Origin: Bigelowiella natans CCMP2755
Taxonomy: Eukaryota > Protista > Cercozoa
Reading direction: 5' to 3'
DNA length: 64,000 nt
Assembly: GCA_000320545.1 (NCBI GenBank)
Contig: ADNK01001949.1
Location: 1-64,000, forward strand
Made by a program: the position numbers and the translations under genes. The notes below the pieces were generated by a model. The model did no database searches, was not told where the DNA came from, and saw nothing but the letters and a program-made list of their open reading frames with translations. This document shows, in pieces, positions 53,387 to 64,000 of this stretch (positions are counted from its first letter, which is position 1; every line of letters begins with the position of its first letter).

Positions 53387-54130
53387 TATCACACACACAT
53401 GTACGAGAAACTCCTGTTTCCAACCCTCCCCGCGAATCGAAGACTCTTCATGCAAATCGCATGATTTCACGCTCTTTCTATGCTATGAGGTCATCTTTTC
53501 CCTGCATCTACGACGAAGCTACCGTGCAAGTAGCATTGGTTATTGAGGCGTGGATTGTTTGCTCGCCTGCCTTGTCTAATGCCCAACCCCCAGAGAGCGA
53601 GGAGGAGGAGGAGGAGGAGGAGGAGGAGGAAGAGGGGGGGGGGGGGGACAGGAGGGGAGAAGAACAAGCAAAATGATCAAATTGCGAAAAGGAAAAAATC
53701 TTGCACACAGAACTTGGAAGAGTAAAGAGTTCTTATGATCGATCTGCAAGTGATGCGCGGCGTCATTGCCACTACATTCTTAGGAGAATCGTGGGTTACG
53801 GAGACATTGAAAGAGAGGAAACTGACAACAGAGAGGATTCTTCCTCAAAACACGCAGCGATCGGCCAAATGTAGTAAGGCAGAATTCATTAGCTGTCTTC
53901 GCTGAAACTTCGTCAAAATGCATTGTATTGAAGATATACTCTAAGTGTTGGTGGAACTTACCAAGCGACACGGATACAGAAGCTGCTGCAGCAATGGGGC
54001 CAGTGATATTGAACACGGGTACTTTGCCTTGGAATTACGCATGGAAATGTTTTAGGAGCATTTATGCCAATATCATGTGTAATGCATGTTACAGAGTACG
54101 TACGATACACACACACACACACACACACAC

Positions 54131-54166
<36 letters not shown>

Positions 54167-55577
54167 TCATACATAATATTCTTTAACAAAGAAAAACCTT
54201 AATATCGTGTCTCGTCGCATGCGAAACCAAAAACATTGCACACTATTACACACGCCGATTAAACGACTGTTTACTACTCCACAACTAAAACATTGCACAC
54301 TATTACACACGCCGATTAAACGACTGTTTACTACTCCACAACTAAACTCTCCAGAAGCCACTGATATCACGTAATCAAGCACATTTGCAACTACCAGAGT
54401 CAGTGACAACATAGAAGGCGTACATGGCCGGAATATTGGCAAGAATCTGCCGTTATTTAGAGGTGTAAATTCACTTTCTCAAATGCAAACCAGCTAAAAA
54501 AGAGAATAATGATAATGCTGCAAAAGGAAACAAAACTACAAAAACCGCGTCTGGTTTTTGACCCCCGACAACGATTTCTCTTTCGTCGTTTTTTTTTAAA
54601 GGTGTTGTGTTGTTCCAGGTTCATTGCCTGGTCCGCCTCAAAACTCGTCTTAGGCAGCTGTGCTATGGAAGCCACAATCGTCCTAGAAGAAGGGAGAAGA
54701 AGAAAGAAGAAAGAAGAGAAGAGGAGGAGAGAGAATGGCCATCACAAAATCAAAACGATGCATCTTCTAGGAACATGAAGAAGCGTGTTCGTCGGGCACG
54801 CACATGTTGTGGTCAGGCCATTGCTTCAGTCCTGGAGCAGCGAGGAGAAACGTGTCGGTGTTCAGAAGAAACCCTGATGTTTACGGTGCGGCACATCAAA
54901 GCAGTCGTTCGAATCGTCATCGCCCTCATCGTCGCCACCAACATTGCCATCATCACCATCGTCATCACCACCATCGATATCACGCTCACAAACAAATCTT
55001 AAAACCATTGCGCGCAATGTGTAGTAGCATTGTTCTTTGGGTCGCATTTGCACAGTCTTGATGACTAATCTAATGAGTGAAGGACATTTCATCCTCCAAC
55101 CCCCCCCCCCCCCCCCTCTCTCTCTCTCTCTCTTCGCCCCTCTCCCAACAACGTCTGGCTACCCGCTACCTGTCTTGCTGTCTAGATCCTTTTGCGTCAC
55201 CTCGTACGACAGAAGCCCACGATTGTAGAAAACATACATCGCTTGAAGAGGGAATAAACCACGATAGGGAGAGGGGAAGAGATGGGAAAGGGGAAAGAAA
55301 CAGTACAATCGAATCAATCAAAGAACCATCACATCAAGCAACACGATGGTACATGCAAGAAATCGTGTGCGTGCATTCGGAGCTGCAGTGAGCATTTGCC
55401 GTGCAATGGCCAAGCAGAGCAAAGGCGACGAGTGCGGATATAATACCGGAATCAAGAGAGTACGTGCTCAGCTGCATTGTGAGATGGTGGTGGCCTGAAT
55501 GTAGAGATTTGAGAATGAGGGTGAGGGGAGTGGGGAGGGGAGGGGGGGTGGGGGGAAGTCCTTTACGATCATCGTAT

Positions 55578-55618
<41 letters not shown>

Positions 55619-55833
55619 CAAATATTATTATTATATTAAAACGTCCTATTCCCTCTGCTCTATCCCTACGCATTCCAGCTTGCCCTCGTTGTACCATAAA
55701 TCGAGGCGTTGGAAGCGGGGAGATGAGGAGGGGGGGACGGGTAGGACGGCCTCTGCAGTGCAATAAGAGATAGATTTCATTCGTCGCAGACTCGAGGCAA
55801 AATACAATCGCATTAACGCACACAAATACGTAC

Positions 55834-55871
<38 letters not shown>

Positions 55872-56412
55872 AGCATAGTAGCAAGCGATGTACACTCACA
55901 CTCTCCTACAATTTTTTCCTTCTTCCCCCCCCTCCCCCCCTTCCCCCCCTGCTGCTTCCGACCTTCGCATCCGTGTCGTTGACACTGCCGCGGATTGTAA
56001 CCGCAATATGGTCATCTTTCGTCTCAATATCAAGGAAATCGTAACGAAGCTCTGCTACATCGAAGGGCGCCTAATTAAGACAATGGTTATGGATATCAAC
56101 GAGACGAATAGGTGGGAGGGGGGGGGGGCACGCCACGAATAGCACATCTAGATCGCTCTTTTGCGTTGTTAAGAGTAATTGTTTATTATTGGTGCGGTGT
56201 AGGTGCTGTAGGTTCGGTCAGGAAGGCAATTAGGCTGCTGCTGCTGCTGCTTTCATGTTACCTCGAATGGAATGGGGGTTGATAACGGCATCGTAGCAAA
56301 CTCCTGATACAGACGCACAACACGTATATATATATATATATATATATTGTTTATAATTACTATAATAGGGATACCGTGAAAATGAACATTCCAAGAATGT
56401 GTAAAATACTCT

Positions 56413-56453
<41 letters not shown>

Positions 56454-56528
56454 CTCGCACCCTTATCCCTCCCCTCACAAACACCTAAAAGCAGAAATCG
56501 GAAGAAACAAATTTCAGGTTTATATATA

Positions 56529-56573
<45 letters not shown>

Positions 56574-59047
56574 CAAGTCCACACTCCGGCCCCGCACAGC
56601 AATACCTTGTTGAGGTCGTCATCGATGGCATCTTTCATCGCGTCTGAAAGAGCAGAAGGCGACGAGAATGAGACAGGCAGCAAGCAAACGGGTGAAAAAC
56701 CAAAGCAACCGATGTTTGACCTTGGATGGATTTCTCCATTGATTTCTTGATTGTGTGCTCGAAAGCGTCAAAAATCACCTGATTCACGCAGGCATGCACA
56801 CACATGAAACAGGTAAGGATACGCAATGGTGCGGGTTGTGCAGTGTGCGCGCGCGTGTGTGAGCGTGTGTGTGTTTGTGTGTAATCGTGGAATTATGCTG
56901 ATGGTTATCGTGAGGAATAGCGTTACATCGTACAGCCACGACAACGCCGAATGGTGGATCTTTATTGAAAAATGATCCAAAGAGACCTGCAGCACGTGGG
57001 GGTGGGGGAGGGGGGGGGGGGGGGGATGCAACGACGAAGGTAAGATAGCTACTCACGCCATAAGAACCAAAAGGATGCTCACAACGCATCGTTACATAGA
57101 GCATTTGCCGCTCATATACAGCGGTGGCACAACTCAGCGCCATATGATGTGCTACTGATGACGATGATGGTGATGACGACGCTCCCAACAGAGGACAGCA
57201 CTAATCACGGGGCCACGCTTCAAAAGCTTAATAGCTCTTGCAATGTCGCCCTTGGTGTTGGCGTTGGCGTTGGCGTTGGTGGGAAGGCGGCTGCGGGTAT
57301 GGCTCCGATCATCTCTTTTTGAGAAGTTTGACTGGATTTGCATTGTAAGGGAACTATCGCGTTCTTTTATTGTTCGATATATAAAAATATAAATATAAAT
57401 ATAAATATAAATATATAATACATGTAAATATTATTAAAGCGCAAAACGATGTCTCGCTCATTCTTCCTGTACTACACATACATCCGCGTCCTCTAAATTG
57501 GCGTGTGGCCGTCCTGTACACATATGTAAAGAAAGAAGAGCATGCATCACGTCCAAGCTAAAGGGAAACGGGATTTAACGAATCGTAAACGCTGACGGCT
57601 GTCTTCAGCAGCTCACTGCTGAGGCGTCTGAAAGGCTGTTAAGGCTATGTGTTACCCCTGGCGGTGGCGAGTTCAATTAACCCCGTTCCGTGAGTAGAAC
57701 CTTCAAAGTGGAGGGGGGGTGGTGGGGTGAAAGAAAAGAAGAGAAGAAGAGGGAGGAGGATGAGGGGGGGGAGGAGGAGCGCACAGAATTTAGTCAATAT
57801 GAAAGATTGGGGAGAGCGGTTTCAGAGAGTAAACGAAGCTTTCTTATGTTTTTCTACAATGCCAACAGGATCGCTGCAAGCTGATTCTTTTTTTTTTTGG
57901 TGCAGAATTTCTTTGTGGCGAGAAAGTGTTTTCGTTTATCGTGCTTTATCATCGTATCCCAAGTGTCAATTCCCCCACGGTCTTTGGCTTAAGTGCTGCT
58001 GCTACTGCTACGTCTACTACTACCTCCAACTGAGAAGTCGGCTGTTCCAGATCCACTAGGGTGCGGCCATTTGGTCTCCTTCCACTTCCAGTGCATGCTG
58101 CCTGGTATATCAGACGTTGCTGTATTAGTTTGAGTCAATTCTGGCAGCAGGTATATCGAAGCGGGAACATCTACACGAGAGATCCATGCAGCAGATTCTT
58201 GTAGTCTCAATGCTAGGACACCTGCTATTGATATCCCAGAAAGCGATATTTTGAGCCCTGTGGTAATATCATGGGAAAACAAGAGATTGTGAGTTTAATA
58301 TCCATGGTCAAGACATCAAGAACGACGACGATGTTCAAGGAAATCGCTCCCAATTTTCACATTCGCCAACGCACACCAAAAGTCGTATGTGTCATTCATG
58401 CTTTCGTTGAGGCCATGTTGCTAGATAGCGATATGTGCTGTTGTCGCATAGATCTAGGGGCACACCCTTGTCCTTGATGAAGGCCAACTTCGGTGATGAA
58501 ATCTTGAATTTGGAGACCTTGATATCTGCGATCAAAAAGCCGTCAGCGGCGAGAAAACGGTTGCGCTGCAAATGTTTTATCGAATAATCGCCATCGAAGG
58601 TGCTGCCGTTCTTGCGTGTGCGAAAATCTAAGGCTTTCTACCAGTTACAGAGTAATCAATGTGGCCGCTCTTTCCTTTGATGTCTGTCATTATTAGAGGA
58701 TTTAAGAAGATAAAATAAACTAAAAAAAGCCAATCAGTATTCATCAATTCCGCCTAGAATTCTAAGGGAGAAGGGGGGGGATGGGGGGTGAAATCTCCGA
58801 CCGTCGAATTTTTCGTGGAGAAGGGACTGCTCGATCAGTGGCATGGCCTACGTGACAGCAGTATTCGTGGTTATTGGCAAAAAGAGCGGCAATGGAAGAT
58901 TATAGATACCTGGCCAACCGCATAATCGAGAAATTTTTGAGATACGGCTCCTCTCGCACCCCCGTTCACCTTCGCACCCCCCACCGATGAAGCGGCAATC
59001 GCTGCTGCAAGGAAGCACAACATGGGGGAATTTAGTCTGGCAGACAT
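52292..59047 (-). CDS. BPI/LBP/CETP-family lipid-binding secreted protein (many exons)
   Basis: Exon 1 MSARLNSPMLCFLAAAIAASSVGGAKVNGGARGAVSQKFLDYAVGQ (signal peptide plus BPI start). Later exons GLKISLSGISIA, HWKWKETKWPHPSGSGTADFSV, SIKIHHSALSWLYD/VIFDAFEHTIK, DAIDDDLNK, VPIVNYLIAEGVPLP and VLTVVSDVKYAPSL*. Confidence 0.85.
54230..54346. repeat. Perfect 57-bp tandem duplication within the BPI/LBP gene (probably intronic)
   Basis: aaacattgcacactattacacacgccgattaaacgactgtttactactccacaact starts at 54231 and 54288. Confidence 0.9.
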
Positions 59048-59829
59048 TGCAGGTACTGCAGCGCTTGCAATCTGCTACGACAGCGCCTTTGGACTTGTCG
59101 CAGGTAAGGAATTCCCATATTTTCTCGAGTAAAAAACGACTGGGTTTTCATGGTGCGTTATCCATAAACCATGTCGCGCAAAGTTTCTTGTGCGAATTCG
59201 AAGAAAAACGGCTTTCTCACCGGTTTCTAACGGCTGTAACGGACGCGTGTAAAGCAGGAAACGCACAGAAACGGTGCGACTGTTCCAGGATGCCCTTCTT
59301 CTTTTTCATGTGTGATCAACACAATTAGACTTCTACTGTAGAAGAGGTTTGCTACAGGGGTTTAGATCTGGGAAGGACACATCATTCGTCATGTCACACT
59401 GAGGCCCATCATCGATCGGTTTGAGGCCTCTGTCAAACGCCGAAGAGTGCACCTGCGGAGAAACCAATCGCTGACTTTGAAAGGCACCGCACCTACTGTG
59501 CTTGCGTTGAGGTAGAGGCTCCGTGTGCGCCGAGTGGGGGTGGGCTAGTAGTAGTAGGAAGGATGTGTGTAGCTGCTGGATGGGTGCCAGCGCCACAGAC
59601 ATGTCTTAGTGCTTGCATACCATCACGATTCATTTGCGCGAATGAGGAAGAAATCATAACGCTTAATGATATTTGAACAGTGGATGCTGAAGCGCCTCGA
59701 TGGGAAATAGAAACAGCTCCAACCCAGCGTTGACGTGCCATGCTGCTGAGGGTGATCGGGACACTGATCCTTCTAATATGATTTGAACATGTTTGGTATC
59801 AATAATCCTAATGTGCATTTGTGTTACCC

Positions 59830-59949
59830 AGAACCCCCCACCTCTGCACGATCAGGCGTCAGTCCGATACGAGCCTCAAGCAGGTCTAGGACAAGATACA
59901 GTTCCAAGGAGCTATACCGAGGAAGTTTCATATCGCACGGGTCTTTTAT

Positions 59950-59998
<49 letters not shown>

Positions 59999-60583
59999 AG
60001 GGGGGGAGGGGAAACGAGGCCGGAGAAAATGTTTGTCCGTCCTACTGTGGTTCTTTTAACTTTTCGCCGCTCCTTTGTTGTGTTCGCTTCAACTGTAATT
60101 GTAGATCTCTTCCACGTGGCGATGACTGTCAATCCTCCCCTAGAGTACCCCCCCTCGTCACAGGTCCGTGAGCAAATAATACAAATAAGAATATGTGCGC
60201 ATGTGTGTATGTATGTGTGTGTGTGTGTGTGTGTGTGAGTGAGTGTATGTATAGGTTTCGTATGTTCAGTATTATGATTTATACTCTTAATATGCGGACA
60301 TGTAGCGGCGAGCGCGTGGAGAGAATTTGTATATATGTATTGCCTCCCTCTCTCTATCCCCCCCCCTTGCCGCAAAAACTGAGAACATATTCTATAAATT
60401 AGGAGAAGAGGATAAATCAAGAAACTCCATGCTCCGGAAGGAGGGTTCAGGTAATGCCAACGAAGAGGGTATTATGGTTGTACACGAAAAGAAGCAGTAG
60501 GAAATTGCTCACAAATAAGTGAGGAGGGGAAGCAGATAGCTACTTTTACTTTAAAATATGTGGATATATACAGTCATACATAT

Positions 60584-60621
<38 letters not shown>

Positions 60622-61113
60622 ATAAATATCATCCCTTCTTACCAGAGAATTCCCGGACGTCGGGAAAATGGTGTCCATTGCGTGAGCGGAAAGTCGACTT
60701 AATTGATATTTCCCCACTCGCCAAGAGCGGGCAATACCAACCCCTAAAGAAGCGGTCTTCAGTCTCGTCAAAGAGAAGGGAGGATTCTATTCGGTACTAG
60801 GATAAACACATCGGCGGATATCCGCTGTTGAAGCGGCTTACGTGTATAGCTCAGAGACGATGAGTTTTTGTCATTTCTATGTCGCCTCGGGCTCACATAT
60901 TTCTTCCGATTAGGGAGGAAGAAGACTCAATTGATCCGAGCGAACATCAGCAGCCGGAAACCAGAACGGACAGACAGACGCGCAGTACAACTCACGCAGA
61001 AAAGGCCAACACTGCAAAACCCATAGGATTGACGACTGATACGAGTAAAGAGCATAGCCATGAGTCGAGTGGTGATAAACTAGCTGAGAACGATTCTATC
61101 ATCGCAACTATGC

Positions 61114-61150
<37 letters not shown>

Positions 61151-61225
61151 TCTCTTTCTTTCAAGACGCATTTACACGCAATCGCCTGAGAAAATATAGA
61201 GGGAGGAAGAGAGAGGGAGAGAGAA

Positions 61226-61257
<32 letters not shown>

Positions 61258-61315
61258 GAAGATGGAGATGGAGAGCAAAGTAGACATCCGAAATTCACAT
61301 ATACAAATATTATTT

Positions 61316-61354
<39 letters not shown>

Positions 61355-62020
61355 CATTATTATTTAAAAACGATAGGAGCAATGGATACGACCATACCCA
61401 AACAAGTAACTTCGACTTCGGCGGCTCCGGAGAGCGAAACAGCTCCCAAAATACCAGTTAAGGAAGAGGAAAAAGCAAAATCCAGCGAAACCAATAGCGA
61501 TGCGCGACAGATAGGTCATTCCTCCTCAACTTCAGGGCCCAGTGAAACAGAAGAGGCCAAAATATTATGCAAGGCTCAGAAACATGATTCGGGAAGAAAA
61601 GCAAATCCGAGCTCTGGGTCTATTCGGTCAAACATATTCACGGACAGCAACAACTGGGTCGATGAAGATGCAGTATTCGCGTGGAAAGTCCTTGTCGTAC
61701 ACGCTCTTCATCAGCGCAAAGAGGAGGTGATTCCCAGGCTAATGTGCAATAGATTTGCAGGCATTAGCTCGTTAAATACCTATAGATCTTTCTCACGCCT
61801 CTAATACCCAGTGTGACGATATTTTCTTACCCACCATCATTACATGATAGGTCTCATGCTATAGTAACAGCACGATCAAAGAGCTGAAGGAGGCGTACAT
61901 TTTTAGGTGGCAAGTGCAGAATAAACCAAGATCCTCATTTTTAATATCACGTTGTAGATTTTGATGTTAAAGTAAAAAATGATGATTTTTGCACATACTA
62001 GAGGTTGTATGTGTAAGTAT

Positions 62021-62055
<35 letters not shown>

Positions 62056-63030
62056 GTGTGTGTGCGGAAATTTTATTGTACACAGTATGAAAGGAAGTCA
62101 CAACACAAATCTTTTCAAGTTGCAGAAAGGCATTTATTACCTACTTCCGGTACTATGGAACACTCAGACTGTTTTCTTCCTGCCGAGACTTGAAATCATC
62201 CACATCAATCACAAATTTTACGGGGTTCCAAAAGGCCTGGAAACAAACTTACGATTCATAGTCACATCAACCTGCATGAAGAAGTGTTCGACTCATGTGT
62301 TTGGTTGCAATTTAGGAACACTGGACTCTGCATCCAATGGTCCGCAACAGATCAACAGTTTATGCGTGAGTTGAGCAAACAAAACCCTGATGCACAAAAC
62401 TCAAGAGACATCATCTTTCCCCTGCTAGCCTGCCATCCAGCTTCCTGGCCATTTTGTTGAAAGAAGACTTTTGTTTTCACTGAAATCTTTGAATGAAAAT
62501 TTTCATTGGGAAACGCAATGGTGTGTTGCTGTGTGTGGTCTCCATGTGGATCCATTGTTGCGTTCATCACTCCATCCATCGATGGATCTTTTCACTGTCT
62601 TTCAGTTTCGAGGGAACAAAAGAGGAATTGGACAGGGCTTTGAAGAAAAAACATCATCGTTTGAAGGAGGTTGCCTTCTTGCAAGTCATTGAGCGTACAC
62701 ACATCGAGTTGTTCCTCCCAAACGACACTTCAGCTAGATGAGGAATTCACACTTCGTGTTTTTCCGTTTTGCATCCATCAATGTGGTTCACTGAATTGAA
62801 AATCGAAGTCCACTCTCAAAGTTCAATTCAAATTGATGTTTTGTTTTTGTTGTGTTTGTTGTGTTTCGCATTGACTTCCAAAGTTGCTGTCTCCTGCTGA
62901 GGGTCTCTGTGCTTCACTCACACAGACTCTCGAGAAACAACTTGATTTTGATGTCACGTCTCCAAAAAAGTGAAACATCAATTTTTTGGTCTGTGCATGC
63001 ACAGCTCGTTTTCTCAACGATGAAGCCGTG
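59830..63030 (+). CDS. Multi-exon hydrophilic hypothetical protein; both ends uncertain, 3' part enters the TpA-erased domain (possible pseudogene)
   Basis: Exon-like blocks bounded by AG/GT at about 60403-60468, 60646-60793, 60913-61070, 61378-61726 (NWVDEDAVFAWKVLVVHALHQRKEE) and 61851-61906, with candidates at about 62086-62129, 62316-62365 and 62606-62669. Confidence 0.45.
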
Positions 63031-64000
63031 CGTGCAAACTGGCATGACAGTGCACAATTGTGGCCTTGCGCAATCGTGTCGCATTGAACGCCAAGCTCCG
63101 TGCGTGCTCAAGCGGCTCGTGCTGGCGTGTGAAGTCGGTCAGCAATGGAAGCTGACCACGCATTGGTTGCTCAAAACAACGCCGTTTCGTTGTCACTTCG
63201 GCACGCGGTGCCCGGTGGCGATCCAGAGCGGGCAACCCAGCGCCCACGTGGCCCGCTTTTGAGGTCCCAAGTCTCACATCACTCCCGCGGCAGCGGGAAA
63301 GTTTTTTGAGATTTTGGGACCCCAAGATCAAAAATCTTCAACAAAATGAATGAAATTGACAGCACATTTCAATCCAAAGTGCACGTGCGTGCGACACGCA
63401 TGTGTGCACAACACTGCACGTGCGGCGTGTGGCGGTGCGTGCACGGCGCCGGGTTGTGTGTGAAACAGAGGGACGTGCGTCAATTGTTTTCAAAGTGTCA
63501 CGTGCAATGGCCACACACATCAGTTTCCACCACACAACTGAAACAAGTGGGCAGGGGCGGATTGATCCTTTCATCACACACTTCAAAATGACACGTGACA
63601 GCTGCTGCACATTGATTTCCATCGCACAACAGCATCGACCTCAGAATTCTCGAGTGTGTGCTCGAACTGATCTCGCACCGCGATGTGCTTTGATGTTGCA
63701 TGGCAACGCCTGGGATGTTGCGCATTCCTGTCCTGGCTGGAGCCGAGCGATACCGCCCGCTCCGTCCAACCTCCAAGTGTTCAACTTGCAGTTTGCCCAA
63801 CCGCACGTCTTTTGCTCGAATTGGGAAAACCTTGTTTGTCACGTCAGACAGTTTGGTCCCTGCAATTGGCCAACAGACGCGCTGCTAGCTGATGCTTGTG
63901 CTTGCACGTTGATGCAATCAATGCCATTGAAAACAGAACACCAAAACCCTGATGATGAAAATGCATTGTGAGGAGCTTGAGCATGCATGCCAAAACAAGC
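62340..64000. other. Extreme TpA-depleted domain, continuing beyond the window
   Basis: 6 TA counted in about 1,660 nt (3 in CTAG); none in 62737-63750. Confidence 0.92.

Larger units (their letters stand above)
360..62060. repeat. Dispersed microsatellites (TA)n, (CA)n, (GA)n, (GAT)n, (GAG)n, (GCT)n and poly-C/G, mostly intronic
   Basis: Dozens of 20-60 nt runs, e.g. 405-433, 787-838, 1588-1645, 1995-2073, 4338-4420, 9153-9245, 17403-17443 and 22682-22787. Confidence 0.95.

Noticed and set aside
58987-59328. Plus-strand ORF with a GTAAG donor
   Set aside because: Overlaps the well-supported first exon of the minus-strand BPI/LBP gene and has no independent support.
487-62374. Numerous ORFs made of YIYI, CVCV, HTHT, LSLS and poly-residue runs
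   Set aside because: They are translations of intronic microsatellites, not proteins.

Overview
Intron-rich, microsatellite-dense eukaryotic nuclear DNA; no CRISPR, rRNA, tRNA or intact mobile element was recognised. Intron style and gene families resemble a chlorarachniophyte alga such as Bigelowiella (inference, not verified). Twelve genes were reconstructed by eye across introns: a signal-peptide/GHTP-repeat/PDZ protein, a tail-anchored coiled-coil protein, an intronless TalC/FSA-family protein lacking the Schiff-base lysine, a low-complexity protein, an N-acylated hypothetical protein, a flavin amine oxidase, an ERG4/ERG24 sterol reductase, an ankyrin-SAM protein, a calpain carrying lectin domains, a PT-repeat/REJ/GPS multi-TM receptor, a BPI/LBP protein and a hypothetical protein. 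The strongest unexplained signal is compositional. In discrete domains the dinucleotide TpA is almost erased (none found in about 1,010 nt at 62737-63750), while CA, TG and CG are abundant, and many surviving TpA sit in CTAG. These domains lie at gene 3' ends and not between divergent 5' ends. This suggests a localised A:T->G:C hypermutation process, opposite in direction to fungal RIP, that spares CTAG. All counts and exon boundaries are manual and approximate.
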